Below, one piece after another: positions 41,501 through 54,029 of a stretch of 64,000 nucleotides of DNA. The position numbers were made by a program, and so were the translations under genes. The notes beneath the pieces were generated by a model, which saw only the letters and a list, made by a program, of their open reading frames with translations, made no database searches and had not been told where the DNA came from. This stretch comes from Felis catus. Taxonomy: Eukaryota. Numbering within the stretch: position 1 is the stretch's first letter; each line of letters starts with the position of its first letter. The DNA lies in the NCBI RefSeq assembly GCF_018350175.1, contig NC_058368.1, positions 157,482,001 to 157,546,000 of the forward strand, given 5' to 3'.

Positions 41501-44500
41501 ATTGTTCAACACTGGGATTTCTTATTAGCCCAAAGATCCTAAACATTTGTATCCTTCATATTTACCATTTTGTTAAATCTCTATAGAAGATGACTTATTT
41601 GTATGGCAAATATTGAAGAACATTCTAGACAAGAGGCTTTTGCAAATATTTTTTTGAAAACTTTTATTTAAAAAATCATGCATATTAACACTGGCCTAGA
41701 AGATGGCTCTGTTTCAAAGTATTATGGCAAAATTAGGGGATCATGGTAACAGTTATACTGGTATTTTAAAAAGAAATTGCTATGGCCTTAAAACAGACTG
41801 GAACATAGAAGTAATAAAAATGTCACTATAGCTCTGATAGTCTATTTCCAAACTTACTTGGAAGCAGATTTGTTAGGATGTCAAGAAATAGGATTAATAA
41901 AATTTTTATAAATTGCGAGTAACTGTACAAATGCTATTTAAAAAAACAAAACAAAACAGTTCCTTCATCTCATAAATATTTTTTAGGCAGGGACTGCATG
42001 CCAGGCAATGTGTGAGGGACAGAAAGAGACAGGGACTAAGACAGATGTGGTCCCTCCTTCAAGGAGCTCTCTAATGAGTGACAAGGATGAGCACACTAGA
42101 AATTATGACACAGTGTGATAGATGCTGGGATGGGGGCGGGGTGGGGAGAGAGACAGGGAACCCCAGGAAGGTACTTCATCAGGATTGTGGGCAAGGTGAA
42201 GGCTTTCAAAAGGAAGTGATGCCTTTAGAAAGGAGGGGGAGGGGCAGGGAGGACAGAAGTTTTCTGGGAGTATAACCAACCTGTGCAGGCCCAGGGGGAA
42301 GTGTGGAGGAAGTTTTCAGTTTGGCCAAAGGGATTTGGAAAGGACAATTAGAGATGAGTCTGAAGAGGGCATGAGAAGTACGTCATATAGGGCTTTGGAG
42401 GTCATGGCATAGATTTTGGATTTCATTCCAAGAAAACCAGAGGCTGAAAACAGGGGAGAGAAAATATCTCATTTGTACTGTAAAAAGATCAATCTGGATG
42501 AAGAACAGATTGGGAGGTAGGGGGCACAAAAGTGAATGCAGGAGACCAGTTAGAAGTCTACTGAAGGATTACTGGCAAGAAGTGAGAACTTGAACCAGTG
42601 TAGGGCAGTGTGAATGCAGAACAGTAAAGAGAGTCCAGACAGTGAGGAGAAGCAGAATTGACAGGATTTGATAAGTGATTAGCCACAGGTAGAGACAGAA
42701 GTTAAAGATCATACCTAGGCTACTAGGTGTGTGGAGCTGCTATTTATTGAGGCACTGGGGTAGAGCTACAAGAGAGAAAATTAGTTCAGTGTTGGACATG
42801 ATGACTTTGAAGAAATAAGGCGAGGTCTCAGGAGGGAACCAACTGTGAAGAACACTAACATTTAAAATAATCAAGAGGAAGATGAAAAGATGACCACAGG
42901 AGGCTGAAAAAGTATAACTGAAGAGGTAGAGGGAAACTCTAAGAACAGTGTGTCATGGAAGCCATTGGAATAGCATGTTTCAAGAACCAGAGTGGTCTAC
43001 AGTGTAACATGCTGGCAATGAGTCTAGAACAATAGGAACCAATAAGCATCCAATAGATTCTTCTCCAGTGGTCAAGGCCCTGTTGGGGGGTGCATGTTTC
43101 CACTGAATGGTGTGGAATGAAGTCAGATTTCAGGTACACGGTGAGTGGGAGGGCGGTTGTTTTTGCTCTTATTTTCTCTTTTATGAGACAGACTTGCACA
43201 TGTCTGAATGCTGAAAGACCAGTGAAGGGAAGGGAAGGGAAGGAGGGAGGAAGGTTTAACTCTCAGAAAAAGTGGGAAGAAGAATAAGTGAGAAGAAAAA
43301 CTACAGTATGAAGATCTGGTGACAGGAAGTTTGGATTTCAACATCTCCCACCAAATAATTTAAGTAATTTACACAGTGAGAATAAGCTGAACCTACTGCC
43401 AATCATGATGAAGTTACAGCTTATACCAAGTAAGAACCAGATCATTACATGAAAACACAGTAGAGCTAAACCCTGCAGGCAAGAAGGGGTACTCTCTTGT
43501 AGAACTGTCCACTCATCCCTTTTCAACTGAGCTACCTTAAAAGTTTAAATACTTTGACATACGCATGTAAACATTCCTAGAGTCTTTCTCTAGCCTAGCT
43601 CACTGTTTCCTGTAATAGAGTGTGTATTACTGTTCAAGAGGCCTGTGAATGGAGAGATTTAAGGAATTTTTTAAAGGTAATTTTGACTTTGGGATTTCCT
43701 CATTTTAGATATGATTAAAGTGAGGTTCAAGGAGATGTAAAAACAAAGAAAGGAGATTAGTTAGTATCTATTTTGTGAACATCTACTTATAGCATTTAGT
43801 TTGAGCTCAGCCAGCATAGTAAGACTAGAAAAGGGGTATAAGGAAGCCTCTGCCCTAGAGGAGGCTGCACAACTACAAGAGAGACAAGATTCATGGGAAA
43901 AATAAAAATTCAATTCATCAGAAAAGGTGGAACAAAATTATAAAAAAGTTTGCTTGCCAGGGTGAGAACTGAAAGCTTCAGTGCTTTTGTTTTCATAGTG
44001 GCAAATTTCAATTTATACCCATAGAAGACCATTTTATAAAGCACCTTAAACACTTTCATAGTTGGATCATACTTTATAAAACACATTTGGATCATACTAA
44101 TGTATTTGACCCAATTTTCTCACAATAACTGTTTCATTTCTCTTGCTGCATCATGTAGCATTTTGTAAGTGACTTTAACTCAATTCTCCAAACAAGCAAG
44201 GTAGAAATAAATACACAGGGTATTTATGATCTGAGGGAGAAACCATATTACCTATGATGCTATCACTGGTTTTGAAGAGGGGATTGTTGCTCAGAATTCC
44301 TAATGGGACATTTAGCTGAATTTGAGGTCAAAGTGTTCTTACTATAATAAAATTCTCTAAAGGCAAGCATAATAGGTGATAGCACCACCATTAGAAATCA
44401 GTGTGCCTTATGGTATGTAAAGGACACTGGACCAGGAGAACCCAGTTCTCATTCAGCCTTGTCATCAACTAACCACCTGTCTAACTGTAAAATCGTCATC

Positions 44501-45944
44501 TGTGGAATGAAGGGGCTGAACTATACAATCACTCAGGGCCCTCATACTTGATGCTTCTGTCATCTTTTACAATGCTGTCCTATAGCACTTTCTGCAATGT
44601 TGACAATGTTCTGTATCTGTGCTGTCTACTACGATAGCCACGAGCCATGTGGCTATTGAGTTATAATATGTGGTAAATGTGAGCAAAGAACTAACATGTC
44701 GATTTTATTTCATTTTTATAAATTGAAATGTAAATAGCTACATACAGCCAGTAGCTATCACAGTGGACAGTAAAAAAGATCTAGATAATTTGTAACATAT
44801 ACAATTTATACCAAAGAATATATGTTTGAGGTGGGCAACTTTTATATAGCAAAATTAACATATACTCAGGGAAAAGAGCATATTAAGATAGAATAGAAAG
44901 TTATTTAGTACCCTAAATGGGAAGAGAAATTTAGAACTCTTTCAGTGAAGTGTCTTATTTTTTATCTCTGACTCCCATGCTCCCCTGGAACACAGCTTTC
45001 TTTTCCTCTCTCCCACGCACAGCAAGCGCTTACACAGTTTCAAGTACTGCACAGAGGAGAGATAGGCATGGATGATGTCCTGGGGCACTTTGGGCCAATT
45101 TCAGTGTTCTCGGGATGTTGCGGGTTCTAAGGCCTTGTCTTTATCCATGGGCAGAACAAACTCCCCCTCCTCAAGGGGCACATTCTTTAATCAGAAACAA
45201 CCATAGCAAAGAAGAGTCAAACAAGTAGCTTATTGTTTACAGAAGACCTGAGTAGATAAAGGTTCCATGGTACCCTGGGATATATATGGGTATATATTCT
45301 TGTCTTCCTCCCTGCCCCCCCCCCCCTTTTTAATTAGAAGTGACTGCTATCCTGGGGTTAATTTCTAGTTTCCATTATGTTGCAGCATAAAAAAGTTTGA
45401 AAATCTATCTTAAAACAAGGCTTGTGCAGGCAAAAAAGAAAGGGATATGTATTTATTTTTTTCCCCTCCTTTACCCTTGAATATTACTATAAGCCACTCT
45501 TATTTAAATACAGTGAATACAAACTTTAAAAAAATGCTTAAACTTGTTTTGAATTAAAAAATGTTTTATAGATAAAAAATCTATACCTTAAAAAATCCCT
45601 GAGAGCAAGAATCTTAAAATTTTTATGACTGTATCCACAGTGACAAATGTAATTTGTAGCACATAGGTGCTCAATATTTCTTAATAAATGAGCTCTATAA
45701 TTCAATTCAATAAACATTTATGGAATGGCTATTATAGATTTTATTGTTTAATTTAAAAAAAAAAAAAAAAACCTCTCAAAGAAAAAGTATTCTCCCTTCA
45801 GCATACCTTGACATGTACTTACCTGGAAAATGTTTGCTGGATGCAGTCAAAACTGCCCTGAGGGTTGTCCTTACCCACATTTGACAAATAGAAGTTAAAG
45901 GTATGCACTTCATTGGGGGGGTCATTTTTAGGGATTTTGACAAG
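19589..45944 (-). CDS. ELL2: ELL2, RNA polymerase II elongation factor (5'-partial; exons 3-12 joined: 45823-45944, 40875-41038, 34049-34308, 30565-30689, 30321-30408, 28148-28721, 25472-25538, 21882-22053, 19796-19840, 19589-19705)
   Basis: Ten exons with canonical AG/GT boundaries splice into one open frame of 1734 nt (577 aa + TAG), from [14 protein letters not shown] to [13 protein letters not shown]. The translation closely matches the human ELL2 protein as I recall it. Confidence 0.97.
19796..19840 (-). CDS. ELL2: ELL2 exon 11 (45 nt)
   Basis: ttgtag|AATGTT...AAGCAG|gtagg; [15 protein letters not shown]; followed by a 90-nt intron. Confidence 0.94.
19910..20600 (+). mobile_element. Old L1M 3' fragment in intron 10
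   Basis: gggaatgtaaatt...ggcaattggcaacagctatcaaaat...aaatgtccattaa...agtgaaaaaaagcaaagtgcagaa. Confidence 0.6.
20650..20780 (-). mobile_element. MIR SINE
   Basis: aagttaggtaatttgcccaaggtcacaca...gagctgggaatcaaaccctggcagtt. Confidence 0.7.
21882..22053 (-). CDS. ELL2: ELL2 exon 10 (172 nt; occludin/ELL domain)
   Basis: tattag|AAAATA...TATCAG|gtaaa; [57 protein letters not shown]. Confidence 0.96.
25472..25538 (-). CDS. ELL2: ELL2 exon 9 (67 nt)
   Basis: Polypyrimidine tract ttgtag|GAGTTA...TTTGAT|gtaag; [21 protein letters not shown]. Confidence 0.93.
26457..26482. repeat. (TG)n microsatellite, with a nearby poly-T run
   Basis: Direct reading of the sequence. Confidence 0.85.
28148..28721 (-). 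CDS. ELL2: ELL2 exon 8 (574 nt; Pro-rich region and Lys-rich putative NLS)
   Basis: caacag|AAACGG...AATGAAG|gtaca; [21 protein letters not shown]...[13 protein letters not shown]...PDSNE. Confidence 0.96.
30110..30260 (+). mobile_element. MIR SINE fragment
   Basis: gacctgaattctaaacagagctctgcca...gtgtgactttgggtagg...ctctgggcctcatttctctcat. Confidence 0.6.
30321..30408 (-). CDS. ELL2: ELL2 exon 7 (88 nt)
   Basis: ttacag|AAAACT...CCTCAG|gtatt; [29 protein letters not shown]. Confidence 0.94.
30565..30689 (-). CDS. ELL2: ELL2 exon 6 (125 nt)
   Basis: tgccag|GTAGCC...CTCGAG|gtaaa; [41 protein letters not shown]. Confidence 0.95.
31506..31713 (-). mobile_element. Can-SINE
   Basis: Poly-T, (GA)n tract and reversed body ending in caggtgtccc. 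Confidence 0.88.
32130..32200 (-). mobile_element. Short/truncated Can-SINE (tRNA-Lys-like head)
   Basis: ggaactcatgaccttgagatcaagaatcccatgctcctccaactgagccag. Confidence 0.6.
33551..33735 (+). mobile_element. Can-SINE in intron 5
   Basis: ggggtgcccaggtggctctgtcggttaggcatctgactcttgatt head, CT tract and aaataaataa tail; aaaaacttcttt on both sides. Confidence 0.88.
34049..34308 (-). CDS. ELL2: ELL2 exon 5 (260 nt)
   Basis: ctttag|GGAAAA...CAACAG|gtgag; [12 protein letters not shown]...[41 protein letters not shown]. Confidence 0.96.
36877..36975 (-). mobile_element. Short Can-SINE (tRNA-Lys-derived)
   Basis: Reverse complement reads GGGCATCTGGCTGGCTCAGTCAATAGACCATGGAACACTTGATCTCAGGGTCCTGGGTTCAAGTCCC..., with A and B boxes and an A tail. 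Confidence 0.75.
40875..41038 (-). CDS. ELL2: ELL2 exon 4 (164 nt)
   Basis: tgacag|CTCTGG...ATGTAG|gtttgt; [54 protein letters not shown]. Confidence 0.95.
41960..43070 (-). mobile_element. L2 fragment(s)
   Basis: Purine-rich strand with L2 motifs (ggagaccagttagaag; gaattgacaggatttgataagtgattag; agttcagtgttggacatg; gtgtcatggaagcca). Confidence 0.65.
44573..44771. mobile_element. MER3 (hAT-Charlie) element
   Basis: gctgtcctatagcactttctgcaatg...aatgttctgtatctgtgctgtc...tagccac...tgtggctattgag...ggacag follows the MER3 consensus as recalled. Confidence 0.75.
45823..45944 (-). CDS. ELL2: ELL2 exon 3 (122 nt)
   Basis: ctttag|CTTGTC...TTTTCCAG|gtaag; [40 protein letters not shown] (ELL N-terminal domain). 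The ORF track lists a different frame here. Confidence 0.95.
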
Positions 45945-47370
45945 CTAAAGTGAGGGAAAAAGAGAAACACCTCAAATTACAAATTTGACATACCATGATC
46001 TGATGACTGACTTAACTGTTTTCAAGTGACATCCATTTTATAGGCAAGCCCTCTTGAGCATTTAAATTCATAGCATTTAAATTACCAAATCATTGAAGGA
46101 ATCTAGCAAGTATGCCTATAACTCACCACACTCTTATTTCCATTTTTCTACCCTTAAGTATCAGTAATCACTTCTGCTCAATAGTTTAAAAGGAACCATC
46201 TTCATTTCAAACTAGCAAATGATTATAGTTCACAAGAAACAGTCATTAGTGAATTTGCTAAAAAGCTCTTCCTCTTTTGTGCTACAGGTTCTGTCTGGCT
46301 GGCATGCCTCCCTGCTGAATATCTTCTAGATATTTAAATAGTCTCTGAGACAGAATCTATATTTCACTCTTTACCCTCTTATTATATGCACTTTTAACTT
46401 TAATTCTTGCTTCTTTGAGTAATATTTTTGAAGAATAACTAGCAGTGTAAGGTGAGTGCCATAATTACATTCACATCAAAATGCAGATGGACGTTTCTCC
46501 TTGCCCTAAGATTCTCTTACTCATCCTCATGTTTACTGAACAGGGTCGGCAGCCTGGAGAGATGCTTCTGTAGGGCACTCCAAAGCTGAGCCCCACACAA
46601 CATTGTGGAAAAGGCAAATGTTTTTATGCTCTTACTCAAGGTCTAATTTCTCTATTAGACGAGAAGCCCAATTAAGTGAAGGGATGGGGTTGCTCTAGAT
46701 CAGTGCACCCCTGTATTAGGCACATCATCCTGGTACATGGTAGGACCTTAATAATCATCTGTGAACAAATGAACTGAAAACTTCTGTCTTTCAAATGCTC
46801 CACCCTTTCCAGCTCCTAAGACCTTTCTTACCTTGGTTTTGCAGGGGCTACCATGGTGTTAAGTGATAATTATAAAAAGGATTCGTTGGTAAGAATTAGT
46901 AAAATATGACTTCTTGTTCTCCAGCCCCCAAATACACAGGGTTGTAGCAATTTAGTAGAAAAGTTGGGGGTGGGGGGAGGAGGAAATGCTTTTCAATTCT
47001 CATTCTTTTCCCCCAAGTTTCCATTATAGTAGATTAAGACTCAGAACTAACTGGCTGCCAGGGAGATAGATAGAGGAGAGAGTATTCATGAATGTGCTAG
47101 AAAGATAAACATGTGTAACTTCTGCTTGGCTCTGGAGGACACTGACACTGCAGGCAACTCTGACTTCCTCGCTCTAAAAGACTGATAACTTTTGACCGAC
47201 AGAAAAGAACCTGGAGGTAACAATTCCAACCCCTAATGCTACCAAAAAAAAAAAAAAAAAAAAGTAAAGAAAGGTAAAAAGGGAAATAATTTGTAGTGTC
47301 TAGTGCATAGTAGATATGCAATAAATGTTTGTTGAAGGAATGAATGAACGGCAGTAAATAAGTCAAAGAA

Positions 47371-47578
47371 GGGGTGCCTGGGTGGCTCAGTCGGTTGAAC
47401 ATCTGACTTTGGTTCAGGTCATGATCTCATGGTTCTCGGGTTCGAGCCCCAGGTGCTGACAGCTCGGAGCCTAGAGCCTGTTTCGGATTCTGTGTCTCCC
47501 TCACTCTGCCCTCCCCAGCTCACACTTGGTCTCTCTCTCTCTCTTTCAAAAATAAATAAACATTAAAAAAAAAAAAAA
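47371..47578 (+). mobile_element. Can-SINE
   Basis: ggggtgcctgggtggctcagtcggttgaac head and A tail; TSD aagtcaaagaa. Confidence 0.92.
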
Positions 47579-48984
47579 AGTCAAAGAAAAACATCTTGAC
47601 AGATGGGGATTCAGAATACTATGTAAAGTCTGAGAGGCCAAATTTTACCAAAGATTTTGAGTACTACATAATAGTACTCCATAGAGCCTCCATCATCCAA
47701 GAATTTCAACTATCTTTGACTCCTTATAAATTAGTTCCAGTTGCTAGGGTAATAAGCTTCTACATTTATTATCTACTCTATAAATTATACCTTTTTGGGT
47801 TCCTAAAGTTACTTTTATTTCTCAAAATTTCCCCTAGTTCTAAAATGTTGGAACCTGGTGAGCAAGTCTTAAATCTAATGTTTTACTTCTTAATCCTATA
47901 GAGGTGTGGGAGAGCAGGAGTCAGTGGAAAGCTGTGTGAGACACAAGGGAACAAAAAGTCTGTCCTCAGGCTAGTGTAACAGCATTCACTGATGTCTGTC
48001 TGCTTTTATTTTTTGAGGAACTGCAGGGCTGTTCTCTGCTGGGATAGAGAAGGAATGTGCGCTGTAGCTAAAGCCTCCTTAAAGGCCTAGGAGAGGAGGA
48101 CAGGTAAAGAAGGTGTGAACACTTGAATGGAATGCCTTCTCCAGCTGTTAATTACTTAACTTCCATTCCCCTTCTCTGTTAACCCTCACAGAGATGTGCA
48201 GAACCTGGCTGGGGACACTGTCACAGTGGCCGCAGGCTCATCTCAAGGCCAGGCTGTGGTTTCGCTTTAGGTCTAAGGTCTTCGTTCCTGTGCAGCTCAG
48301 GTCTAGAAATGCAGGAGTACTTCACCCAGCAAAGTATGGAAGTTTGTCCCTTTGGGGAGATTCTAAATTGCACAGTTTTTTCTATTTTTCAAGAGTGACT
48401 AGACTTTTTACTCAAATTCTACAAATGTTCAGTATTCTTCCACTAAAAACGTTTTACCTTAATTAAGGGAGTCCTTAAGCGCAGACACCTATGAAACACA
48501 GCATTTTAGGAAAGCCCTTAACAAACCTTTTTATTACTTAAACGTAGGGTTTTCCTTTCTCATCCTCTAAACCACGATTCTTCTTAAGTAACACTTAACA
48601 CTTTTTAAGGTAAAAAATGATCTATATATTAAAATTTTTTTTTAACACACACAGTGTCTTGTGTAAATCTGGAAGGTTCAATAACAAAAAAAATATCTCA
48701 TATGGATCAATTACTGTGTACACCCCTCAAAATATTAGGGTCTGGCTTGATGGTGGGCACAGAAGGCTTTCATATTCTCTTTCTTTAAAAGTTTCTTGAA
48801 TAGAAAAAAAAACCCTATAGTCATTTAAAAAATATAAACAGAATAGGAAAGAATCAGATTAAAAAGAAAAGCATACACAACCCGTGCTATACATCCATTG
48901 AAGATTTTGGAAGCGTGTATTACGCATATATCAGAACAGTTGCTCCCAACAAGGTAAAGTTTTGCCCTCTGGAAACATCTGGTC

Positions 48985-49112
48985 TGGGTTGGTGCTACTG
49001 GTACCTCCTGGAGGGGAGCAACATTGTCTGACACCCTACAGTGGACAGGATAGCCCCTACAACAAAGAATTACCCAGTCTAAAATGTCAGTATGGCTAAA
49101 GGTGAGAAATTA
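48985..49112 (+). mobile_element. MER20 (hAT) 3' half
   Basis: ggtgctactgg...cctacagtggacaggatagcccctacaacaaagaattacccagtctaaaatgtca. Confidence 0.7.
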
Positions 49113-49394
49113 TGGATTAGAATTCTCAGTGACTTTTGATTAATGAAGTAGAAGGAAAAATAGTATCTTAAAAAAATAAAAGTTCCTAATCAAATGGCGG
49201 GGGCCATTTTAACTTATTTGAAACACCATTTTTTAAAAATTCTTATCAGAAGACAACGAAAGGCAAGTAAGTGCACCTGAGCCATATTTAAAGTATATTT
49301 AGTTAAAGAATGAAGATTTAAGTACCTACTGCAAATTAATTTCTGCAACTTCTTCTAAACATCATGAAGTCAAGCTTGTCAAATAAACAAGTCT

Positions 49395-49615
49395 TTTTAA
49401 AAAATATTTATTTAGAAAGAGAGCATGCGTGCGTGTGCACACATAAACACACACATGCGCGAGTGGGGAAGGGGCAGAGAAAGAAAGAATCTCAAGCAGG
49501 GTCCATGCTCACAGCGCGGAGCATGATGCGGGGCTCGAACCCATGACCCTGGGACCATGACCTAAACTAAAATCAAGAGTCAGACGCCCAAATGACTGAG
49601 CTACCCAGGCACCCC
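49395..49615 (-). mobile_element. Can-SINE
   Basis: Reversed body ending in ctacccaggcacccc. Confidence 0.85.
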
Positions 49616-49683
49616 AGATTAGCAAAAGTCCTAATGGGAGTTATTAAAACAAACAAAAAAAGTACTTTTGGAATGCCTACTTT

Positions 49684-49877
49684 ATTATTTTATTCAATGT
49701 TTATTTTTGAAAGAGTGCAAGCAGGGGAGAGGTGGAAAGAAAAAGAGGGACAGAAAATCTGAAGTAGGCTCTACACTGACAGTAGTCAGCTTGATGTGTG
49801 GCTTGAACTCAGGAATCATGAGATCACGACCTGAGCCAAAGTTGGACACTCAACTGACTGAGTGACCCAGGCACCCC
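49684..49877 (-). mobile_element. Can-SINE
   Basis: Reversed body with perfect TSD tggaatgcctacttt. Confidence 0.9.
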
Positions 49878-49899
49878 TGGAATGCCTACTTTAGGTATC

Positions 49900-49939
<40 letters not shown>

Positions 49940-51236
49940 CTTACAAAGAGATAATAATTTACTAAGAACCCTCAAAATGTGAAAGGATAGCTTTGGAATA
50001 AAGAAAATGAATCTCTGTAGTGATGGTCTCTGACAATTCTGTTCCCCTAGTAAGTTCCAAAACCTTTGCTGGCAATCAATAACGCATAGAAAAGACTGGT
50101 ATAGTTTTCAACTTTGTTTCAGAAAAACAAAACAAAGACTTATCTGGAGAGTGTTTGTAGTCCCTACCATTCCTCCTTATTCATACATATATCACACATG
50201 TAGATAACATTCTCAGGCTGCTAATTACCAGAGACAAGCAAGCTTTGTCATCAGTTCTTTGTAAGAAAGGGAGCATGATGGAGAATGACAGAGATTCTCA
50301 ACAATCTCTCCTAACCACTATTCCACTCTGTGGGTGTGTTTCTAAGTGAGCACTGTGCAGATGGGGGCAGGGGCAGGTCTCTGGGCAAATCACATTCACC
50401 TTGGGACTGGGCTACCATCATAGGAGAAGAAATACTGATATCTGACTTAGAAACCATCTTGGAAGAACATCCCATTGTGTGATAGGAACTTCTCAGTTTT
50501 AATTATTTTAAGCTTTTCCTACACGTCAGTGAGAATGCCATCATATTTAGGGACACATTGGGTCTATTTGAAATTTTTAGCTAAATGCCTTAAGAATGAA
50601 ATACTACTTAATAAGTATCAAAGACTATGATTACAAACAGTTACTTATTCAAGATAAAGAATATAAAAATATACCATCATTTTCTGGGCAATTGGAAAAG
50701 TAGATTCTAATTTTCATTCCAAAAATGAGGGGCTGAAAATCAAAGGCTTGGGACCACAGTCCATAGCCCTCCTTCCAAACTCCAGTCTGTCTCTGATAAA
50801 AAGCTACACAGAAAGTTTCAGGAAACTTTCAGACATTTATAATTTACATAAACACTGTATACCAAGATGTATAAGTCAAAACTTCTAATTATTCTGAGAT
50901 ACAAGCTCAGGCATATAGCAATGGAATACTGTCTAGAAGGTCATTTCAACATCAAGTCACAGACCTCCTATTTACATAAAGACTACAACAACAGTAGCAC
51001 AATCTGCACACTGCTGCAAATTACTCATACAGACATGCTAACATCTGCTTAAAAGCCATTCATACCTTTACTGCAGAGGTTTCTTACCCTTGAGTCAAAC
51101 ACTATCTACTTATCTACTTGATACTGGACTGAGGTACATGCCAGATTAAAAATGGGACCATCAAGGGTTTTTGTTGTTGTTGTTGTTTTTTGTTTGTTTG
51201 GGGTTTTTTTGGTATTCATTTAAAATGAATGCTTTT

Positions 51237-51478
51237 GGGGCGCCTGGGTGGCGCAGTTGGTTAAGCATCCGACTTCAGCCAGGTCACGATCTCGCGGTCC
51301 GTGAGTTCGAGCCCCGCGTCAGATTCTGGGCTGATGGCTCAGAGCCTGGAGCCTGTTTCCGATTCTGTGTCTCCCTCTCTCTCTGCCCCTCCCCCGTTCA
51401 TGCTCTGTCTCTCTCTGTCCCAAAAATAAAAAACGTTGAAAAAAAAAAAACTACAACATAATTAAAAAAATAAATAAA
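51237..51478 (+). mobile_element. Young felid Can-SINE (SINEC_Fc-like)
   Basis: CpG-rich body ggggcgcctgggtggcgcag...gatctcgcggtccgtgagttcgagccccgcgtc; TSD taaaatgaatgcttt. Confidence 0.93.
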
Positions 51479-51759
51479 TAAAATGAATGCTTTGTTCTTT
51501 TGTGGGTATTAAAAAATGATTAAACTTACAGACTTTTTGAATTTTCATATCCAACCTTTTCTGCTAAAGTGATTAGAAAAGCTCGGTAAGGTGCTCATGA
51601 GCCAGCAGTAACACACTTGGATATGACAGCTCTTGGTCCTTAAAGGAAACCTATAGTTCTGGCAGGGCTTTGAAATAAGTCAGTTGAATTTCTTCATTTT
51701 AGAGATTAGGAAAACAGAGACGCTCAGTGATTACTCAAGATTATGACTATTTAAAATTG

Positions 51760-51982
51760 TAACCCTTGTACTCCTGACCCCCTGATCCTGCTCCATGTTT
51801 GCCTAAAACACTTGGTGACTGTACTACTTACAGATTATGTTTATTGTCTTTCTCCCCGACCAGAAAATAATCCTTGGAAGGACAGAGCCTTCTGTTTTTT
51901 TTTCCCTGAATATATCACCAACATCTCAAACAGTGACTACCACAAAGTAGTCGCTCCATACATGTTTGTTGAATGAATGAAA
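51760..51982 (+). mobile_element. L2 3' end
   Basis: Ends with ...aacagtgactaccacaaagtagtcgctccatacatgtttgttgaatgaatga. Confidence 0.6.
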
Positions 51983-53394
51983 ATGCTGATTAATGTGTGA
52001 GCCAGGACTAGAACTGAAGTATCTGCTTTCTTTTCACCAGTATTTCCAAAGTAGGCTGAAAAATTTCCTTACAAGAAAAAGGAGTTGTATCCTGAAATAA
52101 ATTTGGGAAATGCCAGGTTAAATAAAATGACTTTCTTTGTTGTAGGTCCTTTCATACTGAATAATACTTTTCCATTTGTAGAATCAACCTCCTCCATTTC
52201 TACACTATCTCAGGGGAATGAAGAGCTTATATTACTGTTACATTACTAGTACATCTATTACTTTACTATATATAAACTAATATGTTTTAGCTTGGATTAA
52301 AAAAATGCTACAAATATTTAAGCATTAGAATTCTCTATTCTCAAACCCTCTCAACGATTCTGTGATTTCCTAAAAATCTAGAAAATTCAGTTTAGTTAGA
52401 GAAATGTATTTGCATGTACTGTTCCAGAGTTTGGGGGCAGAATGAATAATCTAGAATCAGAACAGAAAATAGAAACCTCAACCTGAAAGCCACAAGTCCT
52501 ATTTTTCAAGCTAGAGCAGCAGTTATGACTTGAGGCCTAACATTATGGGTTTAGGGAAGGAAAAAAAAGCCTGTCAGATCAGCCCAGATGTGCAAACCAA
52601 TGCTGGGGTGGATGTGGGGGAGCAGAGATGGAAGGGTATCTTTCACCATCAATTGAAAAAGTTAAGTATTAGGGAAATCAGTAAGAACTAAATATTCCTA
52701 CTGACACGGAAGAGCAGGAGTTGAAGAGGATCCCACACGCACTAGATACATCTGAAATTTCCACATGATAGATACTGTACTGAGGATAGTAGTGAAATAT
52801 GCTAACTTTAGCACAAAGAGAAATATTGGTAGTTATCCAAAAAAAATTACGCCAGGTAGCAATTAATATGAATAATTTATGACAAAATAAATCCATTTAT
52901 TTCCTGCATTCTTCCTCTTTATCAAGAAGTTATTATGGAAAAAAGTAAAGTGGAATAGTTTTCCCTATTATTCTTCATATAGCTCCTTTAGATTCAGTAT
53001 TAGAATTTCTTAGAAAGTTCTCCATGAAAGGGTAGGCCAATATGGAACTTCCTTGTTTCTGTTACTTCTGTGGGATATAGTCTTATTAGAAAAATCATTT
53101 CTGAGAATTGCATTCTCATCTCTAATGTATTCTTTTAAATTTATAGCCATCATGGGAAAACATCACTGATAGCAACACTTCAAAACTAATTTTAACTGGT
53201 TACAAGATGATAGTGGTTTGGATCAGGAGATCGGGAGGCATGGAGGTATTCAGGATACGTTTTGCAGGTAGGTGAAACAGGATTCCTACAGCTATTGAGT
53301 GCGAGGAATGAAAACAAGAGAGAAATCAAGGATGACACCAAGGTGTTTTCCCCTGAAAGAATAGCGTTGATTGAGTATGAGTGTGCATGTTGTC

Positions 53395-53462
53395 TGTGTA
53401 TGTGTGTATATGTATATATAAATGTATACACACACACACACACACACATACATACATACATA
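53395..53462. repeat. Mixed (TG)/(TA)/(CA) microsatellite
   Basis: Direct reading of the sequence. Confidence 0.8.
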
Positions 53463-54029
53463 CGGTATCTTGGATATGATGATGAGTACCCTTAATATAA
53501 CTGAATTCATACTAGCTAAGTACACTAAAATACAATTAACCAATACTGGTTTCACCAGTTAAAAAGAGGCTTCAAAGTGAGTTTTGCTATGACTCATTTT
53601 GTAGCTTCATGGTTAGAAGAGACCAGGTGGCTGGGTATAGTAGGTTGGTACCTGGTTATTTCCAGGAAAAAAAAGGGAGGATGACAGTTATTGGCAGGGG
53701 AAAGACACAAACAGCAGGTACTAGAGTTACTGTATCAAGGAAAAGGTATACAGACTATGGAGCATAACAGAATAGAAATTTGGATTAAAAAATGACTACA
53801 AAATTGAGCAAATGCCAAAGCTTTTAGAAGGAAAGTGAGAGAACCACTGGGAGAATCTGAGAAGTTTTTTCAAACTTCACGGCTGGGCTAATCCACAAGT
53901 CTGTCTTTAGCAACAAAAATTAAAATGTCCCACTGAGTTCCATAACTCTTATCATGAAACTGTTGTTCATTTTCTTTATATTAACTAGTCCTTTCTAAAA
54001 TTTATATTCTACAGAATCAAAGTGTATAT

